Assembly (NCBI GenBank): GCA_951406725.2
Contig: OX597828.1
Span: 9,114,001 to 9,178,000 of the forward strand
Reading direction: 5' to 3'
Length of the DNA stretch: 64,000 bases
Source: Octopus vulgaris
Lineage: Eukaryota
Shown: piece after piece, positions 38,810 to 52,001 of the stretch
Layout of the letters: each line of letters begins with the position of its first letter
Position numbering within the stretch: the stretch's first letter is position 1
Made by a program: the position numbers and the translations under genes
The notes under the pieces: generated by a model
Database searches by the model: none
Seen by the model: only the letters and a program-made list of their open reading frames with translations
Told to the model about the DNA's origin: nothing

Positions 38810-38888
38810 CTACATATACACAAACACACATATATGTTTATACATATACATATACGTTCATGTCAGTGTGTGTGTTTGCTTGTGTATG

Positions 38889-38936
<48 letters not shown>

Positions 38937-39318
38937 CGTACATGTGTGTTTGTATGTGCGTTCACTCACACACGTACATATACATTTTCAAGCTATTCAC
39001 TACGCATATGACGATAAATTATATGTCCGCGTGTGCTGGGTGTAGGTGTATATACACTGACATACACACATATATTGAAGACCGCCAAAACAGATACTTC
39101 GAAAGAGAGATGGAGATAGATTGATAGATAGAATGATAGATAGATACATACATACATGCATACATACACACACACGTAGATTTATATGTGTTTATATATA
39201 TATAACGTCTGTGCTTAGACAGGTATGTTAATTTGTGTGTTATTGTAGTAAAAAAAATGGTTTGATGATTTATTACGTAGTGAGATACTTCAGAGATTAA
39301 GCAACTTTAAGATAGTAC

Positions 39319-39399
<81 letters not shown>

Positions 39400-39414
39400 T
39401 AGATAGATATATGT

Positions 39415-39469
<55 letters not shown>

Positions 39470-39680
39470 TATGTGTACATATATATGTACATATGTATAT
39501 ATGTATGGATATATGTATATATGTATCTCTCTCTGTATATCTATATATCTATATATATATATAGAGAGAGAGACAGAGACAGACAGACAGACGGAGATAG
39601 ATAGATATATAGATAGATATATATATATATATATGCATATGTACATATATGCAAATACATATAGATGTTTATATAAACGT

Positions 39681-39713
<33 letters not shown>

Positions 39714-39802
39714 CTCATATATATATGTATGTATATAAATACACACATATATATATATATATATATGTATGAATGTGTGTATGTGTGAATTTATATATAC
39801 AA

Positions 39803-39844
<42 letters not shown>

Positions 39845-39857
39845 CTATATAAATATA

Positions 39858-39900
<43 letters not shown>

Positions 39901-40520
39901 CGTATGTATATATATATATATAAACATATATAAAGGCATAGACATAATACGTTCAAATATATATGTATACACACACAGACGCACATTTGTCTCTACGTAT
40001 ATACATATGTGTAAAATATGTCTATCTATCAATCTGTGACAAGATGAGTCTTATTTATGAAGAAAAATGACGGCCAGCAAAATAAACATATAACATAGCA
40101 CAGACACAACCAAGGAAAGCAGAGCAACAATGGCAGGAATGCAGTATGAAAAAAGTATGTGCGCGGCAAGAATAACAAAAACAACAAAAACTGTTATGGT
40201 ATCAACGTTGAAGCAACATTAAAAACAGTATGAACACCAACAGTAATATGAAAACCTAAAGTAGATACAACAAAACCACTTCTATAACAAAAATTGTAAG
40301 TATAATTACAAAGCCAAAATAGCGAATAGAAGAATAAGAAAAGGATATGGAAAATAATAAAATTTAGGAAAACCATAACAATAGATACGCCAAAACAACA
40401 ATATTTGATTTGTTGAATACAAAAACAGCTACTTTATATATCTATAAATAGATATATATATATATACATATGTGTGTGTGTGTGTTTGTATGTGTGTGGG
40501 TCTGTTTTGGTCTATACATA

Positions 40521-40572
<52 letters not shown>

Positions 40573-40741
40573 GCATGAATATGTGTGTGTATGTGTATTT
40601 GTGTTTGTGTGTGTATATTCATCTATATACATATGTTTATAAACATGTATATGTACATATGGATGTATATATATGTATGTTCATACATGCAATCTCACAT
40701 ACAGACATTCATATTTCTGCATATATATGAAGTAAAAATAT

Positions 40742-40781
<40 letters not shown>

Positions 40782-40782
40782 A

Positions 40783-40820
<38 letters not shown>

Positions 40821-41415
40821 TATATATATATATATATACATATATATATTTATATATATATATATATATTTAAATATATACGTACATATGTGTGTGTATA
40901 AATGTACACATGTAATCATGCTTACTCTAATGCTTACGTATATACATACACTGCAGACATAATAGAAATTATTTCTCTATTACTTAAGTAAAAAAAATGT
41001 CAATATATTTATATTAATCAAAGGTACTTTAGAAATTTCTCTTTCTCCCTGTGACAGCTATTAACAGTTAACGTACTTTAAAGTACTGCCGCACAAATCA
41101 TTTAACAAGAATGCTTGCTATACACAAGCCAATGTAATCATAACAACTATTTCAATAACAATAGCAACATATCTCTATAGTAGGAACTGTATATCATTCT
41201 AGTTCCTGTCTCAGGGTGTGTTTCTCTATGAAATTTCAATGATCAATCATTAAATTCAAACAACGTATTTACACAATTAATATTAAAGTTTTGCTTTTCA
41301 CTAAATTTGTTCTTTATCTGGAAATATGTTTGTGTGTGTGTGTGACTGCGCGCCTGTGTTTGTGTGTATACATATGTATATGTGTGTGCATGTGTATATA
41401 AAATATATGTATATG

Positions 41416-41455
<40 letters not shown>

Positions 41456-41604
41456 ATGAAATGGATAAATGAATTATCTTGTTACGGATTATTCAAATTA
41501 TAACCGATACCTGGGTAGCAAAAATCACAACAGAAAAATCACGGTTGAGGTTACGACCATGGGGTATCGCAACCGTGCCTTAGTGCGGATAATTTCTTCC
41601 CTCA

Positions 41605-41674
<70 letters not shown>

Positions 41675-41809
41675 CGTGTATGTATTTGCGTATATATATA
41701 TATATATGAGTGTGTGTGTGTGCGTGTATGAATAAATAAATTTACTTTATTTTATCTTCGAGTGCTCTGAGGCAGAGACTGAGGCCATGTTGAAGCACCG
41801 CCTCTGAGT

Positions 41810-42101
41810 GTAGCTAGTCTGACGGAAATGGTTTTCTTAGGGCATTCACTCGGGATTTTGGTTCATCTGATATCCCAGATAAAAATTTTACCGAATCATT
41901 CTTTCAAAATGGCAACTTCAACACTTTACAAATCGTTGAGGCTATTCGGCAGAATTTTGAAGTTGTGGACGCTTCAAATGCAATCCTCATTTTAGATCCT
42001 CATTTTAGTTGGACTTTTTGGGGCCTAAGCAGTGCTGTCAATTTCGATAATTGGTATTGCTTTTAATTTCAAATTTGGGAGGTAGATACTCCAGCATCTT
42101 C

Positions 42102-42134
<33 letters not shown>

Positions 42135-42225
42135 TCACACACTCACACACGCACACGCACACACACACACACAAACACACGCACACTCACACACACACTC
42201 ACACATACACACACACACACACACT

Positions 42226-42260
<35 letters not shown>

Positions 42261-42580
42261 GACTGAATATCTCTCACTTTTTTTCTTTAAGGAGTATGGT
42301 TTCAGTTCCCTTAGCATCTCCCATTAGCTCATCTGTTTTACCGAGATGATCTTCTTTGTATAGTGGAGCTCAAAAGCCTCAAGTTCCTCTGTCAGTTTGA
42401 TGTTCCATAGTAACCACCTCCGGGAGCAGTAATCCAGGTGACTGAGAACGAAAGTTCCAAATACGCATAGTATGACACCTTTTTTTCTCTTTCTGAATCC
42501 ATGCCGTCGACATTTTTTTGCCTCAGCACTTTGGTATTGTTCATTAGAAGGCTTTAGGATAATCTTTTACATTTTCCTCC
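41810..42580 (-). mobile_element. CR1-type LINE 3' fragment, split by a microsatellite at ~42104-42260
   Basis: VLSHLDYCSRRW..ELEAFELHYTKKI..S*WEMLRELKPYSL..ERYSVIY[repeat]WKMLEYLPPKFEI..KILPNSLNDL..FLSGISDEP, the typical CR1 ORF2 C-terminus. Confidence 0.8.
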
Positions 42581-42834
42581 GCCCTGGTTTCTTTTATAAC
42601 CCTTTCTTTTTCATTGCAGAGTCTAATCACATTTTCGATTTCTAAGAGCGCTACCTTGAGGTAGGATTTTTCACCGTCATTATGCTGTTTAGTTCAGCAT
42701 GTATGTAAATATGCATATATGTATATATATATGTATGTATGTATATTACATGTGACCCTTTTACTTTACAAATTAACCTCCTTGCATGGTGAGCCTGATG
42801 CATTTTCAATGCATTTTTAAATACTATATATTAA

Positions 42835-42960
<126 letters not shown>

Positions 42961-43530
42961 TGTCTGTCTATCTATCCATCTATCTATCTATCTATCTATT
43001 TATTTCTTCCTTAATTTCTTTATCTATCCATCTATTTATCAATCTATCCATCTTCCAGTTTGAATATATTTTACATTGTTTTTGCTTGTGTGTTAAAATA
43101 CTTATAAAATAATGAATTTGTAATTCCGGTATACTTGTTAATTCAGCAATACTCGTCATCAGTAATTACCGACTAGGTTTTACTAAATACTCTGATGCAA
43201 AGAACGCCTAACAACATATTTTGTTACTAACTTTAATTAGATTTGTCATGTACGTTAAGCCTCTTATCGAATGGGCCTATCCGAGTTTCTATTTCGTAGT
43301 AATAGCTGACACCGTGAACTGGACAACACTTCGTCACAATCTTAACTTCCGTTTGATTACTGAAAGTCATTTAGAAGAGCAAAGGGAAATTAAACATTCC
43401 CATATGCAGGCTACGCACGGTCGTGCACCTGTGCCACGGTTTTACAGTTGTGATTTACACATCCTCTCTACCGCAGCATATATGTGTATGTGTGTTTGTG
43501 TGTATAATATATATATATATATATATATAT

Positions 43531-43570
<40 letters not shown>

Positions 43571-43582
43571 ATATATATATAA

Positions 43583-43915
43583 AGTGAAGACATGTGGCTT
43601 AGCGGTTAGAGTATTAAGTCCACAATCGCAGGATCGAGAATTCAGTTCCCGCTGATACGTTGTGTACTTGAGCACTTGAGCAAGACACTTTATTTCAAGC
43701 TAGTCCAGTTCACATACCTGGTAAATATGAGTGGTACCTATATTTCAAAGAGCCACCCTCGTCACACTTTCTGTCATGTTGATTCACCCTGAGAACTACG
43801 TTAACGGTACACGTGTGTGTGAAATGCTAATCCTGATGCACGTTAAATTCGCGCGCATGGTGTTCCATTTATCGGATGAACTGGAACCTTGGCCGTCGCA
43901 ACTGACGGAGTACCA
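43583..43915 (+). mobile_element. SINE family D head with the tail shared with 6752-7100
   Basis: cttgagcaagacactttatttca..ccagttcac, then aaagagccaccctcgtcacac..gcacgttaa..gtcgcaactgacggagtacc. Confidence 0.75.
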
Positions 43916-45577
43916 TATACGTATACATACGCACGCAGACATATATATTTCATTAAACACGACATTGTATAATACCTAAATATACTGATAGTTTTATGTA
44001 TTTGTGACTCATTATAATTATTTTCTTAAAGCCACCGTTAAATGCCGTTTTAAATATACATTATTTTTCTAGTTTTTCAGTGAATATATGAGCCAAATTT
44101 TATATATCACTCAATGGCACATTTGGATCAGCGTCAATTTTCTCCTAATCCTTAAATAATTTATGCTTGATGTCCAAATATTAATCACTAAATGAACATG
44201 TTAATCAACTTTTAGGACTGTCATTTGCTTATCAGAAGCTTTCATGAATGCCATAATTGAATAAATGTAATGAGGTGGACATCTTCCAACATAGTAGCTT
44301 TTATTAACTAATTTTGCCAGTAGCAGTTATTTTCGCTACTTTATTAATATAATTATTTTAAATTATTCTGCTCTCGTAAACAACTTGTGTATTTTAATAT
44401 AAACTAAATATATGAGAAAACCTTTGAAATATTTAGAAACTTATGAACAACACCTGAAAACCCTTATACTGATTATATATTATTGCTTCAATATGTAAGA
44501 ACGTGTACAAAGATTTTATGGGAGATTATTCCTAGATTTTAAGTATGGTTAAAATATAACTATAAGTCCAGCATTTTTTTTTCTCGAGGAGAAGTTAAGT
44601 CGATTACATGAGCGTCACAGTTTAACTGGTACTTATTTTTCGACTACACAATGAAGATATCTCAAGTCAATGTCGCCAAACATTTGAACCCAGATTGTAA
44701 AAGCACCACTAAGCATTTTGCTCACCGCGTTATTGATTCTGCCAGCTCGTCAACTTTACTTTATTTACGAGCAAAATATTCTTTAGTTAGATGAGCTGTA
44801 GAAACTTTCATTCTCTGTCCCTGTCAACATCTTAATTTTTAAAAGAGAGCTTGAATTATATATTATGGACCACGTATAGATCGAAAATGTTTCTGAAATG
44901 CATAAGTTATGATGGAGATACTCACAATAAAAAGACGAAAAATATTCAAGTCCAATTTAATACAAGGGCAAAAAGAGTCTACAAAAATAAGTTATATAAA
45001 ATAGTAAGTTTCAAGTTATAGAGTGAAAGCATCTATGAAAATCTACTACTGCTCATAATAATTCTTTCTACTATATGCACAAGGTATGGATCCTCTGGGA
45101 AAAGGACAGTCGATCATATCGACTTCAGAACTCAACTGGTACTTATTTTGTCGACCCCGAAAGTATGAAAGGCAAAGTTGACTCCGGTGGAATCTCTACT
45201 CAGAACATAAAGACGGACGAAATACCACTAAGCCTTTTGTCCAGCGTGCTAACGATACTGCCACTTCACCGTTTTAATGAAAATATGAATTAAAATAATA
45301 ATATCGCGGATAACGCTTATCTATAAAGTTTACTCACGTTGTCAGAAATTAGCAAACTTTGATGATTTATGGATGATGTAACACACACACATACATTCGT
45401 GTGTTATATATGTATATTTATATGTGGTGTGTGTATGAATGTATGTGTGTATATGTGCGTGTGCACGTATGTATATATATATATACAGATATCCATACAT
45501 AAATACATATATATTCATACACACACACACATATATGTGTGTGTATATATGCATATCTATCTATTCATATATATATA

Positions 45578-45628
<51 letters not shown>

Positions 45629-45974
45629 CTTATAAACAAGGGCAAAAGAAAAAAATTTCTAATGCCAAATATGCCGAACAGACACATCGTCAATAACCAT
45701 ATGATTCATCACTATAAGCACGCATCTCGAAGAAAACCGACAGAAATTACTAAACAATTCTGTTATTATCATATCGGACCCGATTTCAGAGTTAATTCAT
45801 AAGTACCTTCTTTTCCTCAATAATAAATTCGGCAAAGAAATATATGAAATGCTTACTTATACCTATGGAAGAAGCAAATACTAAGTCATAAGCACATGAG
45901 CACTAAGTCATGACTTAGTGTTAGCATCTTCCTGGATGTTAATATCGTTCTATATATGTGTATACTTGTGCATA

Positions 45975-46125
45975 TAGATGACGGGCTTCTTCGAGTTTCC
46001 CTCTACTAAATCCGCTCTCAATAGTTTTGGTCGGCACAGGGTTGTAATATAAACACATGCACAAGGTGCCATGCAGTTATAACTGAATTTCGAAACAGAT
46101 GGTATGGAAACGAAACACTTAACAC
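45975..46125 (-). mobile_element. SINE family A head, degenerate
   Basis: gacgggcttcttcgagtttccctctactaaatcc..caaggtgcca. Confidence 0.65.
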
Positions 46126-47613
46126 TTAGGAAGACTGAACCTATTGTACGGATATAAAGGATGTCGAAAATGTAACATTATATCGATATATGTAAACGTT
46201 ATTCTTGTTATTGGAAGAAATGAGATGAAAGACTGTTTATGACGAAAACAGAATATATTGAATATACTTAGTTAATCAAAATGTATATGAAATTTGCAAG
46301 GTAAGATATTTGCTTTTCAACTATCTTGGAATGTGTCTTATACATTTTATGTCTTTTGTACATGGAGATTAAAATATGACAGTCGTGATTGCCTTTATGT
46401 ATGTGTTTGTTCATTACTTGATTGACAAAAATTGTTAGTTTGTTTACGTTCCAGTAACTATAGGTTTCGAAAATAAGCGATCGATAAATTAGGATCCATA
46501 TTTCAATAAAAGTTCTGGTGTCGTTTACATCCAATCAAACGTGAAGGCAGGAACTAGCTTGGCCAGATTCTAATCATTGAAACAAGTAAAAGTAAAACGA
46601 TAAAAGAAAAAAAATAAACACGTTAATGAATTCCTATATGTATGCACGTATGTATGTATAAATAGATAGAGATATACATACATATATAAACATTTTATAT
46701 ATAATATATACATACATATATGTGTGTGCGTGTGTGTGTATAACATATACTTGAGCACGCGAGTGTACTTACATATACGAGCGTATACATAAGTATGATG
46801 TATGCCTACTATTATGTATGTATGAGCGTGCGTTTACCTGCATGCGTATGCTCCTGTTGTGTAATATTTATTTTGTTTCACTCGCACTCTAGAAGTAGTT
46901 TTCTACTGACATATCATTCTTTTGGTGGAGGAAAACCAATACGTCTACTATTAGAACAACAAAATTTTGTTGTTAATTTATGTTTTTCATTGCGAAGATC
47001 GGATTAAGGAAGCACACGGTCAACTTATATGTAAACGAAAATTAATGACAATCATTGGATGTAATGTGGTTCTTAATTAAACAGATTCGATGAGAGAAAA
47101 TGTCCGCGAGCTGTACATGGTGATATTTGGTTTTTGGAAAGGTAGCGAACCATTTCTCGTCACAAATTGACTTTGATGATGAATTACTAGAAAGAAAAAC
47201 AGATAAATAATAAAACAAAACACTACCAACTCCAGTGACTTTGGAAATTTTCTAGCATCCCTGTCCACAACTTTCTTAGTTCAGCGATAATTGTGTGTGA
47301 GTATATATACACACACATAAGTATATATTACTATCAATGTATGTATGGTTGTGAGTATTTCTTCATTTGTGTTTATTTATTACATCACAACATTTTTTCC
47401 TGCAGTTCTTGTTACCGCCGCCTATAGCACCAAATTCTGGTACACCTTCCCATGCACACACACACACATACATGTGTGTGTGTACCTGTATACATGTATT
47501 ATCATATTCGTGTATATATATACATGCATATATATATATATATATATATATGCATACACATGCACGCATACACATGCACGCATACATGCATACATGCATA
47601 CATACATACACAC

Positions 47614-47676
<63 letters not shown>

Positions 47677-48127
47677 CATATATATATATATATTTATGCG
47701 TCTTACGAAATAAGTATTGAATGAGAATGTCGAATTGTTCCATGTAAGAGTTGTTAGAGTTCGGCGTCAGAATTACCACAAATACTCGAGAGAATTAAGA
47801 AAAGAAAAGCAATAAAGAATGAAACAAGAAATATAATACAAAACACAGACACATTATATTTATAAGTATACCATTTGCATCTGGAAACATGTGAACATGG
47901 TAAATTCTTTATGTTTCCAAACTTCACCCACCACTGCCCATACCAGCGTAGTAAAATTACTACCTTTTTTTTCATAACCTTATACTTGGCAGAGTTTCTT
48001 TCAATATCCATCTAACGTGTCCGGACAGTTGTAAGTTTAAGAAATAACCAAGTAATTAAGCTTCAGGTATAATATATCCTATCTCACGTAATAATGATAT
48101 AACACCATACATACATGTGTGTGTGTA

Positions 48128-48183
<56 letters not shown>

Positions 48184-49930
48184 TGTGTATCAGTCCGGTG
48201 TTTTAAGGCAAAGTTTTAAATATCGAAATTTTGCGTCAAGTGTTCAATACGACTTATGAAAGTGATAGAAAAAATAAAAGAAAACGTTTAATATCTGAAT
48301 TTTGTGTTCCGCTTATATTACGGATGAAGTGCAAATTCAACCCCGATGAAATTTGAAGTCAGGACATATAGACGGACTGAATTACGCTAAATATTTCGCC
48401 TGACGCTCGAGTTAGGTGTTTCTTTGGTCTTCTCTAATAAAAGTTGTCACCACGGGGCGTGTACAAAGATTGGACTAAGCAGACTGCTTCTGCAAACAGT
48501 AGACTGTGAAATAATACGGCTAGTTGGATACAGTAAAACTGATATATGGAAGATTATGATGGCCGAAGTGTGTACTTATCACGATGTTAGATAAACGAAA
48601 CCACGTCAACACTAGATAGTATTAATTGCGACCTCTAGAAGTGTAAAAGCAATATACCCTATGAATGTACCGTATTCATATTTTTTTAAATTAGAATGAA
48701 ATGTAGGTAATCAATAATGTTGATACTTGTAACATGATTTCATGGGCATAAAATTTAAACCTAAATTTAAAGTAGAATAGTGATGTTGTAAAAATCATAA
48801 GAATCTGTTTTTGCACGGAAGAATTTTGACAAAGCATTTTAGCAATCATTTTACTAAGATATATGGATATATTTAAAATTGCACTGCCTCGCTACGTAAT
48901 TCGTCCACTTGTAAAAGGTATTTACAAAGTATCGCAGTTTAAAATAATTGGAGAATATATCGATTTAATTTATTTGAATGTTCCCATTTCTAGCATATGC
49001 CTCAAAATTTAAAAGAGATCAAATCCGCTGACATACGCTTAGAAATTTGTCAATTACAAGGCAGAGATTAAAAATACACAGTAAAACTTTTAAACTCGAA
49101 TGGGAGAGAATGTAGATTTAACAAGAAATCATATTTCCAATGATTTATGATGTATATATAGTTGAAGTAATCTAGAATTGTAAGTAATTTAGAGAAATAT
49201 CAACGCCCTTGTGTAATTGTGTGAAATGTATCTTTTTCAACACTTTATATGTGAACGTAAGAAAGTGGACAGTTTTGTGTGGAGAAGAACTGTCGTAGAT
49301 TTTGGTGGTTTGTGTTCTAACATATTCGGTGCATATGTTGAGAGACATACTTTTTTTGTATTGTATCCATTTACGCGGTCGTCTAGAAGCTGCAATTAAT
49401 TAGTTCGAATCCCGTCAGAAGTTTATTTTTTCATTTCGATTCTAATATTTCTATAATCGTTTGTCACATCATGGCATTGCTATTAGTAGCAAATTCGTAA
49501 TCCATTGGTACAGTGTTATTCATATTTTATAGTAGATTATGACAAAAAAACTTATGCGCTAGAGCGTTTGTTTAGGGAAGAATACATAACAGAACTTTCA
49601 ATACATGTAATGAAATTATCACTGCAGTCTACTCACATCAGCACATATCGACAGTCATAACTGAAATCTATGCATGGTGGAGCTTCATTGAACACTGGAC
49701 ATAATCTCCATTGCCCATTGATATAACCAAGATGCAATCAGCATATAAACAATTACAATTTTAGTACAACACGAAGATAAAGCTACCGAGTTGTTACAAT
49801 ATCAATATTATGAAGTATGTAATTGTGAACATGGAATATAACAGATATATCTCCATTATGCAATGATTAAGTTTATATGTCGGCCATTATATACATGCAT
49901 TTGTATAACATACGCACACACACTTGTATA

Positions 49931-50061
<131 letters not shown>

Positions 50062-50125
50062 AGGTCCCGGGTTGAGTCGGGGTTAACCACAGTAAATAAG
50101 GTACTCAATACATAGCAGAGTAAAT

Positions 50126-50253
50126 TAATTTATTATATAGAAGGAGCTTCTACAGGACTAGAACTGTTTCATTCAAAAGAAATCATCAGGAAGCGCTTCC
50201 TGATGATTTCTTTTGAATGAAACAGTTCTAGTCCTGTAGAAGCTCCTTCTATA

Positions 50254-50263
<10 letters not shown>
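50126..50263. repeat. Perfect 138-bp palindrome, no spacer
   Basis: 69-bp arms, centre aagc|gctt at 50194/50195. Confidence 0.95.
50195..50243 (+). ncRNA. Type I hammerhead ribozyme motif (mirrored on the minus strand at 50146-50194)
   Basis: gcttc-CTGATGA-tttc tttt gaat-GAAA-cag ttctagtc ctgT-A-gaagc: stems I, II and III all formable, GUA site, U-U at the base of stem II. Confidence 0.7.
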
Positions 50264-50286
<23 letters not shown>

Positions 50287-50579
50287 TCACGCTATAATTA
50301 AAGTTTAGATATTATATTAAATTATTTTAATTTAAACTGTGGTTTGGATATGTCCCTAGTAGCATGCACTTGTGTGGAAACAACCACTGTGATAAATAAT
50401 ATTTCCAGAATATTTTATCTTCTGTATGAATTGTTTGTACTATATAAACATACGTAGATACATATATACATAATAATATGTGCGTTTTGGTGTGTGTCTT
50501 TGTGAGTATGTGTAGGTGTATATGTATGTATCAATATATGTATATATATAAATAGGCACTCACACACACACATTTGAAG

Positions 50580-50975
50580 TTTACTCCAGAACCACATGGT
50601 TCCGCGTTCAGTCCCACAACGTGGGACCTCCAAGTGACTTTTACTATAGCATCGGGTCGACCAAATCCTTGTGGATGAAATTGGTAGACGTAAACTGAAA
50701 GTAGCCGGTCTTATGTAAATATATAAATATACATGTGTGTGTGTATGCGTGCGTGTGTGTACGTGTGTGTGTATGTTTGTGTGTCAGTGTTTTTCCCCTA
50801 ACATCGTTTGACAAACTTGCTAGTGTGTTTACGTCCGCGTAACTTTGCGGTTCGGCATAAGACCCGACGGAATAAGTACTAGGCTTACAAAGAATAAGTC
50901 CTGGGTTGGATTTGATCGACTAAAGATGGTGTTCCAGCATGGATATAGTCAAGTGATTGAAACAAAAGGGTAAAA
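50580..50975 (+). mobile_element. SINE family A, near full length
   Basis: accacatggttccgcgttcagtccca..tggtagacgtaaactgaaa..aataagtactaggcttacaaagaataagtcc. Confidence 0.85.
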
Positions 50976-50985
50976 AAAAGGTAAG

Positions 50986-51055
<70 letters not shown>

Positions 51056-51072
51056 TATAAATATAGACAGAC

Positions 51073-51152
<80 letters not shown>

Positions 51153-51159
51153 GAGTACG

Positions 51160-51320
51160 AGCGGGCATCTTTCAGGTTCTGTCAACCGAATCTACTCACA
51201 TGACCCCATGACCAGGTCGGTCAGCGATATGATAGTAGACTAAGTTTCAATGCAGTGGGACTGAACACGCAACCATGTGCTTGGGAAGTAAATATCTTAC
51301 CACACGGTCATGCCTTCACA
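51160..51320 (-). mobile_element. SINE family A head
   Basis: gcagtgggactgaacacgcaaccatgtg..cttaccacacggtcatgcc. Confidence 0.65.
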
Positions 51321-51325
51321 TAATC

Positions 51326-51386
<61 letters not shown>

Positions 51387-51476
51387 CATATACATAAATA
51401 CAGGTGTATATAAATATACATTTGTATACATATATATATTTACATTTTTATATGTATATATACATGTATATATGTT

Positions 51477-51526
<50 letters not shown>

Positions 51527-51620
51527 ATCCAAACAAGAAGGCACAAAAAAACACAACAACGCGAGGACGTGGAACAAATATAGTATTATTGGACGGTCAG
51601 GAAAGAAGGAAAGAAGGAGG

Positions 51621-51655
51621 GTTTAACGTTTCGAGAGGAGCTCTTCGTCAGAAAC
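51621..51655 (-). ncRNA. Minimal type I hammerhead motif inside a ~200-bp insert (51523-51722) in (TA)n
   Basis: gttt-CTGACGA-a-gag ctcct ctc-GAAA-cgT-T-aaac. Confidence 0.65.
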
Positions 51656-51719
51656 ATAGGAGAAGGAAAGATCCAGAGAAGGGAGAGAGAGGAAAAATTC
51701 GCCAACGGTACTCACGAGG

Positions 51720-51761
<42 letters not shown>

Positions 51762-51926
51762 GAATCCCTTGAATGAAGCAATTCAATTTTTTTTTAAATA
51801 ATTTCTCAGGTGGATAGAAGCGCTAAAAGAATAAAATATTATACATAACGTAGAGTATTACTCCAACTTTTGACAAGCTTCCTCTTTTATTAATGTATAT
51901 ATGTGTACACCTCTAAAGGTAGTTTG

Positions 51927-52001
<75 letters not shown>

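Noticed and set aside
45880-45920. 20-bp palindrome cactaagtcatgacttagtg with an adjacent partial direct repeat
   Set aside because: Most likely a local repair or slippage product; no supporting context.
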